Positions 1 through 11,844 of a stretch of DNA of 64,000 bases are shown piece by piece; position 1 is the first letter of the stretch; the number at the start of each line of letters is the position of its first letter. Source of the DNA: Marsupella aquatica (taxonomy: Eukaryota; Plantae; Marchantiophyta). The position numbers and the translations under genes are program-made. The stretch spans positions 26,834,798 to 26,898,797 of the forward strand of contig OZ316893.1 of the NCBI GenBank assembly GCA_973895155.1. The letters are read 5' to 3'. The notes beneath the pieces are model-generated. The model ran no database searches and had not been told where the DNA came from. It saw only the letters and a list, made by a program, of their open reading frames with translations.

Positions 1-2183
1 CTGTCTCTGTGCAATTTTTGCAAATGTTGTAGAAAAAAATTCTATTATTCACACTTGCTTAGCCAGGCATGAAAGGTGTATTTTTTGGAGGTATATGCTT
101 GATGAACCCCCTGCCAGAAAACTTTATGTGAAACCCCCTCCCCCACAAAATTTTGTTGCAAACTAGACCCCTTCCATAGGTTCTGTAGTATGGTTCTTGT
201 GTGGTGCCTAACTGCATTGTGAGTTACCATAGTAGACCACCATGTGCCTTGTCATAGTCCACTGCGTGCAGTCCTATTTGCTGACAATACAATCTAATAA
301 GGGGTACCAACTGGGCTACCAACACGTACATGTGCTTGAAGGGGGCTTGAAGATATAATGGATTTTATCTTAAAATGATTCTAGATTTGAGGGGATCCGT
401 CCCTACTTGACAGCGGGTTTGTACATCATTTCTAGTCCAGTTCTTGCAGGTCTACAAATTTTCCTTGTGGAATGAGGGTTTACGGTTTTCAGACATTTAT
501 CGTGGCTGGAGGGTTTTAGGGTGTCTCAATCATTTCTTGTCTTCTGCTTCTGAGACACCTCAAGATTCAATCACTTAAGTGTCCCTGCCAGAATTGAACA
601 CTTTTGGCATTCAATTAATCAGGGGCAAATGGCCAAAACTAGAGTTTTCATTGTACACAACATCCATGTTCTGTTTCTGAGACACTTAGAGATTTTTTCT
701 ACGCTGTAGGGGCTTTAAGGCCAAAGTAGAGGTTTGTCGGCTGGTTTCACACTCAAAGACAACTTTGGGTTTGGCTAATGGAAGACAATTTTTCAAGACT
801 TGGACAACTTTTGAATCATCTCAATCCTGAAGACATGAACCATACATGAACCATACTGTCTTCACTTCAGTTACATCTAATTCGGGCAGCAGCGACTTGG
901 TTCCCCCATGAGTTTCTATATAGATCTTGTGGGTGACCATTACATTAATTTGGGGCCACACCTCTTTATATTTCCCGTGAGGTTATAACCTAGACCAGCA
1001 ATTGATGGGAAGTGGCTGCATTATAATCTGAAGGGAAGAACACGGAGGTGACTGGCCCCTGATTAGTCTAAAACCTCCCAATGGGCTATGGGCCCTTAAA
1101 AGGTAGGGCGATGTAGCAATATGTAGCCCCAGATTAGTGTAAAGACTCCCTAAGGACAATGGGCCTCTACAAAACAAGGCGGTGTGCACAGCAATGTGAC
1201 AGGAAGTTTCCGGAGGTCAAGACGGTGGACACTGGCGCGGAGAAACCTCATGTCATCAAGCAGAAAACATCGGAAACAGACATATCTCGTTCCTGTTTGC
1301 TGAAATCAATCACTACTGTACTTCCACTAGACTTGAGATCTCGTTCATGTATGCTGTAATTAATCACTACTGTACTTACACTAGACTTGGCACATCGCGG
1401 ACTCATTTGGGCAGACCAAACTGCAGAGCCCTACGTAATTAGACAAAATTTCGCTGCACCCTTTGATCGATGTCGTGTAAGAAGTTGCTCCTAGCCTTCT
1501 TTCTCTCACGGCAGAGACATACAACTCCGTCGTCTCACTGCAAACTGAGTGATCCGCTCCAGGGTGGAATGCGCGATCGAACAATTTGTACCATAGAATT
1601 CGTTAGTACCAGAATTCTGACTTCATTCTGTGGTACAAGACATATATTGAACCGAATGAAGGCCGGCTGAGCTCTGGGTCCGGGCTCGGAGTTCGTTCGA
1701 GAAAAGATATGCCTTGAACCATAGGAATTCGTTAGTACCCGGCATGTGAGCAATCAGCTAATCATTTGCTCAGTGCAGCGTGTCCAACTAATCCATGGAA
1801 GCATTTGGCCTGTACTTAACGCTTGGACAGTCAGACGGCTATTTGAAATGGCCACCGGTGCTTTCACCTTTCCTACCCCAACCCAATTTTAATTCAAGTG
1901 GGCAGAAGAACGAAGTCTACGGCGGATTTGAGTGGAGCACTGAGAATTTGATGTGGGCCATAGGGTATTTCTTTCCTTCAACCTCCATCCACTACGTTCC
2001 ACGGGCCATGTAGTTTCTAACGTTGTGAGGGATCATACCGTAAATTTCCTATTTGCTGTTCCCCATAATCATGGCGGCTAAACTAGAGGTTGGGGGATTC
2101 ACGTAAGACAGGTGTCCAACCTCTGCGGGCTGATCATGACAAGGTTGGGCCCTGCTGTAGCTTTGCACTAGAGTGGTCTGAGG

Positions 2184-4450
2184 TCATTGCACGAAAACCA
2201 AATTGGGGTGTCTTTTAAAGCTCTGCGATTCTTGAGGCAAACGAGCCTCCGGTGAATCTTGAGCAGAGGCCCTGTTAGCCCCTCTGTTCATCAAAAACCG
2301 CAAGATGCCGGCATAATTCAGAGAGGCAGCCATATTCAGGGGGGTGGCACCTCGGATGCTTTTCACGTTCACATTAGCACCCTTTGCGACCAAGAGCTTG
2401 ACGACTTCCTTGTGCCCTGCCTCTACTGCACAATGGAGAGGAGTGTGGCCTTCCAGATCACGGCTCTGGATATTCGCCCCATGTGTCAGAAGCTCTCCAA
2501 CTACGCCCACATGACCTTTGAATGCTGCACAGTGCAATGCAGTCCACCCATACTGGTCCCCAGCGTTGATTTGAGCCCCCTTCGTTAGATACTTACGCAC
2601 CACTTCGAAGTCTCCCTTTCGGGCTGCTGTGAGCAGCCCATCTCCTAGTTCCAGAGCATGGAGGACTGCACTCTGTAACAAAAAATCAGAATGCCACAAC
2701 TCCGATCAGACACTCGGGTAATAAAATGCAGAAAGTGCAACCTGCAAAGGTCGAGAATTCATCCATCGCCCAGTGGGCAGAAGTTGGAACCAAAGATCTA
2801 CGAATCTCTATCTCTACCCACACCGTCACGACAAGCATATTCTTCGATAGGCTGAGCTTGAGGCAGATATCTTGGCCAAACTGAATACCGCAGCACCTTG
2901 TGGCAAGTCAATGCTGCCAACAAACCCTCAGCTGATAATAAACTCAACTAGAAACCGATTATTAATGGGAACCTTCCTTGAGAAAAAAGTCGTTTTGATC
3001 CGGAAAGTGCCGAGACAACGGAAAAGATTTGACGGACTGTGTCACACTGGAATTTTGCAATGCACCGATGGCAAATTCAATGATGGCGAATAGAAGAGGA
3101 AGAACAGAAAAACGAGCAACGACTGTAGAAGGAAATTCCAAAATTACTATAATTGGCAAATAATCATTATTACTGAAGAATCCAGAAGGGCGGGCATTTA
3201 AGAGCATAGCCATCTCTCAAGAAAATGGTGGTCGGCTGCTGCTTTTGGTGGAAATTGTCAAAGGTCTTGAGGTCGATGTCAGCATAATTGTGACTGATCA
3301 GGAGACTTTAAGCTTTTCAGGTAAAGAGCACTCAATTCAGCCGGAATGTTTCCTTGTAAAATTCCATCGACGAGATGCTAGCAGAATATACCGACGGAAC
3401 AGGAAGAAAGAATGAATGAGAGGATGAAAGAGTGCTCACATGGTCCTTCTCTGCAGCGATATCGTAAGGCGTCTTCCCTTCGACTGTTTTAATACCCTTG
3501 TTGGCACCCCATTCCAATAGCAGTTGCACTAATTGACTGTCATCCTTGGCTGCCGCGCGATACAGAGCCGTCCTGCCATCGTCACTTCTGGCATCTCTGT
3601 CAACGCCAGCGTCCAGAAGCAGGTTCACGCAATCAACGTGCCCTTCGGTGACGGCAGAGTGGAGCGCGGTTCGGCCCTCGCTGTCCCTGGCCTCCAAATT
3701 CGCACCGCTGTCAATCAACAGCTTCAGAATGTCTAGGTGATTCCATGAGGCGGCCAGATGAATGGCAGTCCAGCCTCTAGGATTTCGAGCTTCAGTGTTC
3801 GCTCCCCTCGCCAGCAACGAGCTCACTATATCAAAATGCCCCATATAGACCGCTTCCAGCAAAGCTGTCTGACCGGTATTGCTCATCACGTCCGCAGTGG
3901 CCCCTGCTTCCAGCAACAAGTTCACCATGTCCACATTTCCGCTCGCGGCAGCAATGTGAAGTGCCGTTCTTCCACTGTCGTCAGTCTTATTGCAAGAGCC
4001 CTGCCTGCCAATCATATACTTCACAGCCTCCACTTCCCCCTTGGCCACCATATGCCGCAGGAGGAAGGGCCCCGTGTACACAACGCTCAGCTTGGCGTCC
4101 AGGAACGTATGCTTCTTGCGCGAGGCGAACCATTCGGGCGGCACTCGTTCTGTTAGACTCCCACCTGGAGCCATGGCAGACTTGACCAGAAACTTGTCTT
4201 TGCTCTTAGGAAATGCATCTGGAAGCTCAGTCTGGGGCATCAAGATCACATCAAAAGAATACTCACCTAGAGGAGGGATGAATCCATTCTGGGGGTTCAC
4301 AGAGAACCTTTGGGGGGACGTAGTTTGCACCTTGAATGCCACATGCATGGTGTGCATAAGATTCCTCAGCTTGATAGTAGCACGGCATTTCTTCCGCAAC
4401 TCAAACTCAATCCTTACCTCACTGTCCAGAACTTCTAACAGCCTATCCAT
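2184..4450 (-). CDS. VPYL: VAPYRIN / VAPYRIN-like protein (N-terminal MSP/VAP domain + ankyrin repeats); exons 4450-3440 and 2672-2184, ~499 aa
   Basis: Exon 1 starts MDRLL..NLMHTMHVAFKVQTT..P..G.IPPL (MSP domain), followed by ankyrin repeats (GRTALHIAA, GQTALLEAV, GWTAIHLAA). The donor CAT|GTGAGC at 3439 and acceptor TTACAG|AGT at 2673 join in phase 0 to more ankyrin repeats (GWTALHCAA, GHTPLHCAV). Confidence 0.88.
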
Positions 4451-5590
4451 TCCTTTGTTTCTTCAATCTTCCACTTCAAAATGATGGGCACCTACCCAAC
4501 AACCGTCACAACAACACAGGTCTACGATGAATTCCCTCCTGTCCCAATACTTTGGTACTGGAGTCACTCATTGCCTCCAGTAGCAGCAGCTGACGAGCAA
4601 AACGTACAACATCTGATAAAAAAATTCAATTTTCTAGGAGATTCTCTCGAACTCAAAGCGAACGCAGTCCTCTACGCTGGAAGTGTATCTCGAGGTTTGC
4701 CCAGATGGTCTTGTTTCTCGGAGCCTCTCTCCGGCAGCAGGCGGAAGGACGGATTCAGAAGACACGCCCACCTCCCTTGCCCACGCTTCCTCCCAGTGAA
4801 CATACACAGTCAAGTCCTCCACTTCGCTCCGCTACTGCCTGTCTTTTCTTGTCTTCGTAACAAAGCCCTTTAGATCCAGTGCTTTCACCGTAATCCAGCT
4901 CCTCAACCTCTTGACATGAAAATCAAGCCATCGAAGTGTACATACTGACTGGACCACGTCCAATCATGGTCCGAACATTCCTCTGTTAGTCTGTTTCCTT
5001 CATGATTCCGTGGTAACTGTTGGATTCTCCTTGCCGTGCTGCCGTATGTGTGTCTGTGTACCAAACCCCTCTCCCTAATGAATGAATCATGCCATCATGA
5101 ATCATTAATTTTCACAACCCACCTTGCCCCCTTCCTCTCTCTCTGTTAGAAAATTATACCTCCAGACTCCTACAATCCTGGGCCACTACCGCTGCTTCTG
5201 GGCCCTTCTCCTCTCCTCTCGCGTTCTCTAATTGAGTGAGCCTCAGCCTACCTTGCCACCTTCCTCATCCTCTCTCCCTATCCCGCTCTGAGATACGCTC
5301 TCCGGCCTCATCGTCCAATTATAGATCATTACTGGCTGCTTTTGGGCTCTTCTGCTCTTCTGCTCTCCTCTCGAATCTCTAATAACTCTTGACTAAGCCT
5401 CAACACACGCCTATTTTGTCGCTCTGATGGATTGTGACTTCCCACCTTGCCGGCGATTCGTCGCACGCCAAGAGCCTCTCGACGGCAGGAGCAGTGTCAC
5501 TGTTCTGGCTATCCGGCAATCCGGCAGTCAATCTTTGAATGTGAATTGCGAGAAATCGATGAACGCTTTGCAGTACAAGTCAAACCACTG

Positions 5591-5708
5591 ACTCTGCATC
5601 CGCCTACAACGCACTCACGTCACAGAGATGTCTCACCTAAGTGGGGAAACTCTGCATCCGCCTACAACGCACTCACGTTACAGACATGTCTCACCTAAGT
5701 GGGGAAAC
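5591..5708. repeat. Tandem duplication, 58 bp x2
   Basis: ACTCTGCATCCGCCTACAACGCACTCACGT..TCTCACCTAAGTGGGGAA starts at 5591 and again at 5649. Confidence 0.9.
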
Positions 5709-5950
5709 GCTGCAACACATTGGCCAAATTACCACGCCACAGAGAAATCACTCCTTCCTCCCGAATTGTCAGCTGAAACACACTCCGATCCTTTGCGGGG
5801 CTCCGACAGCTAACCATCTCATCCTGGTTCTGGATGAGGAGCTTTACTTGCTCAATGGGAGCGGCTGCTCGCTTGCAGACTGCATCCGGCACTCCTCCCA
5901 TGAGGCAATCAGTGAAGAATTACTCGACGGCGAACCTTGCTCCTTGCTCT
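5695..5950 (-). pseudogene. AAC: Decayed fragment of a mitochondrial ADP/ATP carrier gene
   Basis: [25 protein letters not shown]...[15 protein letters not shown]...FPT matches the plant AAC first repeat. It has an internal deletion and a CAG>TAG stop followed by a retained GTGAGA donor. Confidence 0.85.
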
Positions 5951-6321
5951 AGCGTAGAGGGGACCCTACAGAGGACAAGGCGGGCAACCCAAACCTCAAC
6001 TTGAGGAACAGAATCAAATCAAACAGAAAGGGTACGCTGACTGTATCGCCAAGACCGCCAAGAATGTGATCTTTGTCTCTCTTTGTTGCCCAAACAACGT
6101 CATGAGATCGCTACCTTCCAGCGGAACATGAGATGAACCGAGCTCGCCAGAGGCGTCTTCTTGCCCATCAGTCGTTGCCCTCTCACGCCAATCGCTCTCT
6201 CTGCAACTCCCGATGACTACTCCTCATATTCCTCTGGTCAAGTTTCTGTTCCTGATCAGCTGTGGGCTTTACTCCGGAGCTTTTCAGTTTGCTGCTCGAT
6301 AGCGATTTAGATGTGGTCCTG

Positions 6322-6420
6322 AGCTTTTCCCTTACTTTTCTCCCCTTTATTATTGGTCTCAAGCTTTTCCCTTGTTTTTCTCCCCTTTATTGGTTCTCAA
6401 CTTCTCCCCTTTATTGGTTC
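6322..6420. repeat. Short degenerate tandem repeat (TTCTCCCCTTTATTGG core, 3 copies)
   Basis: Direct reading of the sequence. Confidence 0.7.
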
Positions 6421-9302
6421 GCAAACGCTCTTTAGGACTTTTGCAGATGGTAGGGACTCTTGGTTTTTTTCTTGGCTCTTGGGCTTTTTGGCTCTGGTAT
6501 TGGGTCTTTATTGGGTCTCCTTCCTCTGCGACAGACTCTCCCACCTTTGGGAATTTGAAAGTCCCATGGACCACAAGGTTGGTCTTTGAAACCCAATGGA
6601 CCAAATTTCCCAAATTGGAATTTATTGTAGTAACTTGATACTGGTAAATTAAAACATTTTTCTAGTTCTGGGGATATGCTAGAGGAGTAAGCAAGCTACA
6701 CTTCCATCAAAGCAATAGTGAGGCTATTTTGGCTGAGTTTTCCATCATAAATTTGGAGGGGTAAATTTCATTAGATTCATTGTAATTGTGTTGACATGAA
6801 ATATTTGCACTCGTGGTTTTTCATGTTTCTTCCTTCTCTACTTTCCTGGCAGGTACAAAACTAAATATTATCTTAGCACTCCTAATCATCAAGTTATGGT
6901 CCAGACTGTGTCCAACATGGTGGTCCATCCAAGCTTCAGTTTCCCCAATTTGGCCCTTTTTGCTCTTTGACAGTGATTTTTATTTATATATTTCATATAT
7001 TTCACAAAAAGCAAAATCTGGTAGGAGCAAGAAGACAGGCTTTGTGGGGCCATTTCTGGCAAATGGAGGTGATATCACAAATAGAAAGTCCAGACATTTT
7101 CAACATCAACTTTGATTTTATATCTACCTTGATATGTAAGTGAACAGTGCTAGTTAAAAAGCAGTTTGAGATCTTTTCAACTGGTCTAATTTCTCCTAGT
7201 TTTTTCCATAAAGAACTAAGAGAGTTATGAATTTCTATAAATACTTAATCACTCACTGTTCACACTTTGCACTTACAAGAGATTTTTAGCAGCTATGTAC
7301 ACATTAGATATCTCCCTTGATATCCAATGGTATCTGAGTTTTTAGGTTCCTATGAAAAAACTGCTAGGAAATATCTTTGCTCTAAGCTTAATAAAGTCAA
7401 TTTCATTGAGAATGGTGAGAATTATAAATTTCCAAAGATGAGTTGTCCCATTTCTTGCCACATTTCACTCATTGGTGTAATATGTACCACATGTGCAGAG
7501 GAGAGAGTTTTGTTGGAGTCCATTTGGGATGCAAAATTCTATCCAAGCATTTTGGCAAATATGGAGGTCCATCCAGGCTTCAATTTTGTTTTCATGGGGA
7601 ATTAGAGAACTGTTATTCATTCAATTTGAATTATAAGCCATATACATGAAATGTTCTTCAACCTCCTCCCCCCCACCCCCTCTCTCCACTAGGAAGAGAT
7701 GTGAACTTGGATCTCCTGCCTGTTATGTACCCCCACCACTGGGCTGTGATTTTTTGGCATTGAAGCAGTGAAGCATTTTCTTACAACCCACAGCACATCA
7801 GAGCACAGGCTACTTTGAAAACTGGTTGGAACCCTTTGCCCTCCACATACACTCAGGTAATTTGCTTATTAAATCTAGTGTGTAAATAGTGTTACTGGAG
7901 CATGTTTTATGTCTTTTTAATCAGGCTTTCAATGTTGAGTATTGCTCTTAGTCTTGTGACTCTAGCGCTAACCGCAGTTAGACTAACTCAGGTTAGGACT
8001 TAGCTAAGGTTAGCAGTGATGCATGTTGCATATAACTAGGGCTGATGTCAACCCCTGGTGGATCTTCAGTTCATTGTTGAAGTGAAACAAGAGAGAAGTA
8101 AAGGTCTCTTGCTTTCCCATAGACATAACCTCAGTCTGGAGGTGAATCACATACTTGTTGTGTCGACTACTTTGTATGATATTTACATGTGCATGGTGTC
8201 TCGGGATAAGGATTATACCCAGCATGAATCAACCAGTTTTCAGTTTAGGGTAGCCTATTCTCTGTGATGGGCTGCGGGTTCAATCCACTCACCACTCTAC
8301 AGCAGATAGCCCTGTACACTATCGTCCAGAGAAAAGCACCACTTAAAGTCAATAGTTTCCACCTCATCTAAGAAATCCTAGAATCCCACTGTGCTGGAGA
8401 AACGTGTCCAACAAGCACAAGATCTTGATTTTTTTATGGAGGAAAAAATCAACAAAGTTCAATGATCAGCGCACATAGGGATTGAGAGTGTGTGACCTTC
8501 ATACTTTCCTGGTCTTCCATCCCTCTCCGGTCTGGATGGTTTCATTAGGAGTGCCTCCAGCTCATGTTTTCATTGCTTCAAATTTTAAGCAATTTGAGCA
8601 CATAACAAACAACTTATAATCCAGATAGTGGAAGGGAGTTAGTGTTTAGCCATTCACATCTGGTCTTGACATCCAAAACTAGTCGGTCTAAATATTGCCT
8701 GTGGAGATCACCAGGTAAAAGCCCTGATGCAGCAGTACAGTTCATGGAAATTGCTAGGGACCACTTCAAGGTACATCCAAGCAGTACTTTCCTCCCAAGG
8801 TTGTACCCAAAGCAAGTAATCTTACAGACTAGTAATTTGCAATGAAAACCTACTTTTATGGGTCTCGAGTATGGTAGAGGTCTAGAGTGAAGCATTTGGA
8901 CACTAACTCTATGATCATCACTTAGCTTTGGGGGTGCATGAAAGTGCGGGTTCAAGGAATGAGGACAAAATAATCATAAACAAGCATGAACAATAAAACA
9001 TATTTTCCAGGTTGCAAGGTTTTTTTATATTTGCATATTTAGGTTCAAAAGAATAGGTAACTAGTATAATGGAAACCAAATTAGTATTGACCATAGACGA
9101 CATTCACAACGGTAAGCACATGACACATCCAATGCACAAGTGATCAACACAAGAGATATGTGGTTCAACTCCTCGAGGCTATGTCCACGCGAACAGGCAA
9201 GAGAGCTTTACTGTACTATAAGTCGTCGGCCATACCAAGTCTCCCCAATGTAAGCTCTCATTATCTCTCAAATGGCTCCATAACAATGAGCCTTAGTTCC
9301 AT

Positions 9303-9632
9303 TGTCACACCATTTAGAGTAATAGTAAAGTATATCGTACTATCTAGGGTATAGAGGTTTTATACGTGTGCTATATGAGCACTTTGTGTTTAGTTTGAGT
9401 TGGTGTGAGGGATAGTTATCCCCTTGTGCTGGCTCAAAGGCCTCATTATTCAATGTTGAGCCTTTGAGCATGAGCTTGGTGGCTATGGTGTGGCTGACCA
9501 GGTTGTGTGCATGTAACGTGGATTCCTTGAAGCACAAGGTGCGTTGGGCTTGACATATATGTGTGATCGCATCGGACGGGATTGATGTTGGATTAGCACT
9601 GATCGTTGTTCGATTTCATCCATTGAAGATTA
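9303..9632 (+). repeat. Terminal repeat A1 (330 bp)
   Basis: Colinear with 42322-42651, about 11 substitutions counted by eye. Confidence 0.93.
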
Positions 9633-10213
9633 CATTGAAAGATCATTGCAAGTTGATTCGAAGCTATTTTGAAGCTTGCTGTATTGCAGAGTTGATCCAT
9701 GGTAGCTTGGATTGTTGAGATCTTGCTGGTTGATTTGTGGTAGCTCAAGTCAGATCAGCCGTTGGTAGATTGGAGATTGTGAGCTATTGATTGCTCTGAG
9801 AGTACAACTTGGTGCTGTTTGAAGCTCTCTGATAGTTTGTTCATTGAAGTCCTCTCTGGAGTTGATTACCGGATTGACATTTGGAGCTTCTCGAAGCTAT
9901 GGCAATGAGGGACTGATCAAAGATCAGAAGGCACCTCAAGTGGTAGTTGCTACATTGTGTTTTTGGAGTTCTAGTCCTTATTGATTGCGTTGCAGCATCG
10001 CAAAGGCTATTGCGGATTTGAGATTCGTTGATGGATTGTACACTTTTACGAAGAAAGTGACAATCAAATGTTGGTGAATTGCGTTGTCGGCGTCACGATG
10101 GAGTCCGCGTTGCGACGAGGTGCGGCGACGACCTAGGGCACAAGGAAAATGACAATATTGTTGAACAGTGTTTTGGTCCGAGAATTGCGGCATGTTTTGT
10201 GGCACGCCTTGTT

Positions 10214-10643
10214 TTGGACTGGGATCATCCGAGTCCAATTGTGGGTTGTCTCTTGAGACTTCATTTTGACTCAAAGTTGGATTTGGATTGGGATCATCCG
10301 AGTCCAATCGTGGGCCTCACTTTGACTCAAAGTTGAATTTGGACTGGGATCATCCCAATCCAACTATACATTGGTAATTTTGGACCCCATTTGGACTTGA
10401 AGTTGAAGTTGGACTGGGATCATCCCAATCCAACAGTACATTGACAACGTTAGAGACTTGATTTTGGGCGAAGGTGAATTTGGATTGGGATCATCCCAGT
10501 CCAACTGTATGTTGGCGTGTCCAGAGACCTCATCTGGACCTAAAAGTGGATTTGGATTAGGATCAACCCAATCCAACTGTATCTTGGCGACTTCACCTGT
10601 GTAGAGGACGTGAAGGACTTGGACTGGGATCATCCCACTCCAA
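10214..10643. repeat. Array of seven 25-bp palindromes TTGGAYTGGGAT-C-ATCCCARTCCAA in the retroelement leader
   Basis: Copies start at 10214, 10283, 10339, 10409, 10480, 10552 and 10619 (period 56-72 bp). Confidence 0.92.
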
Positions 10644-11123
10644 CTTGTGGACCGGGCGTCCGGATGACTATTGAATGGATTTGAATTGGAGGCTCACCCC
10701 GACGTAGCAAAGTGTGGCGGGTGTGAAGGGCTCCCTCAGGCTCATCTCGGCGTTTCAAGGTGACTCATGACGAGGGGCGTGAGGGCGAAACAAGAGCCAG
10801 ACCGGAGCGGGCCGCAAGGTAGCTTGCTGGTACGTGAGGAGTAGTTGACAATTGGGTGGTGGTTTGGAGTGCCTAAGTTGGTGCATAACTTCAAGGGGGA
10901 GGTCATCCATCCCAAAGCTATTCCTCATGCGCGTGCTTAACCATGGGGTTCTTATGGCATGTAGTGTACCCACAAGCTTTCACAACTTGTTGTCTAAGTT
11001 AAAGGGCCAAGGGGCTTTATACACTTATTAGTTTGTCTAGAGACCTGTTTTGAACCAAATCAGAAGCTACTTAGAGGTTTTTGATACTTCTGAATCCATC
11101 TAGATGCATAGATTGGATCAATT

Positions 11124-11844
11124 TTGCATGGATTCTTAGCTACAACCTTGGGGCATTGTGAAGTCTATTATGAAGGTGATGGTAATGATTCAGGGCAGAT
11201 TTGTCATCACGGATTCTTTGGGTGCTACGGGACTGTCCGAGGGACAGAGGACTGTTTCACTCGAAGTGGGGTGCCGTTTCGGCCAACAACATTGATAGCA
11301 ATTGCAAGTGCAGCTTCAGATAGTGATTCTGACGAGGGCTCTATGACTAGTTCTCCTTGTCATCAGGTGATTGCACCTTTGTTGTGGGATATGGAAGAGA
11401 TGTACGGGGCTACAAAGGGCCCACGATGATACTCTGGTGCAGTTGGCATGATTGATCTGGATGACTTCATCCAAGAGTTTGATACGTGGTGCGATATGCA
11501 GTCATTACGTAATGCCACGTTGTTTACCTCTTTCATGGCATGGAAGGGATTATTTCAGCATTTAGAGGGGCCACCCATGGATGACTACCATGAGTTTTGG
11601 AAGGCTCATTTGGTTTAGATTAAGGCATGGAGGCAGCATTGGTCGCCTAATTATGTGTCCATCACCTATGGCACTAGAGCGGCTGCCCAACCCATTGCTA
11701 CAACTATTGCTTCTTCTAGCAGCACTAGCCAGAGTGGCACACCATCTACCAGTACCACTCCAACAACATCCATCGCTACTCCTACCGGTGTGATTGTGAT
11801 AGGGGTTGGAGTTGCGCCAACATTTAATCCCGTGGTGGAGTTCT
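11124..11844 (+). pseudogene. gag: gag 5' part, with in-frame stops, cut by CACTA-1
   Basis: One frame runs through ..IDLDDFIQEFDTWCDMQ..AWKGLFQHLEG..PTFNPVVEF. Removing CACTA-1 plus one TCT rejoins it in frame to FEVLKQNYQG at 25775. Confidence 0.75.

Noticed and set aside
1-1760. Possible decayed transposon coding remnant and short duplications (1308/1362, 1592/1720)
   Set aside because: No diagnostic motif or termini that I can support.
3533-4484. Plus-strand ORFs over the ankyrin gene, and similar antisense ORFs over transposases, pol and LINE ORF2
   Set aside because: Shadow frames of real coding sequence with no recognisable motifs.
8614-8955. Exon-like ORFs
   Set aside because: No recognisable homology or consistent gene model.
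9633-9660. tRNA primer-binding site after A1
   Set aside because: The sequence is TTGAAAGATC.. with no TGG start, so I cannot assign a primer.
9978-10633. Minus-strand ORFs with LDWDDPNP repeats as a protein gene
   Set aside because: Frames shift between units because the period is not a multiple of 3. The peptide is a by-product of the DNA palindrome.
10214-10643. CRISPR array
   Set aside because: The spacers are homologous to each other and vary in length, there are no cas genes, and the context is a eukaryotic retroelement leader.
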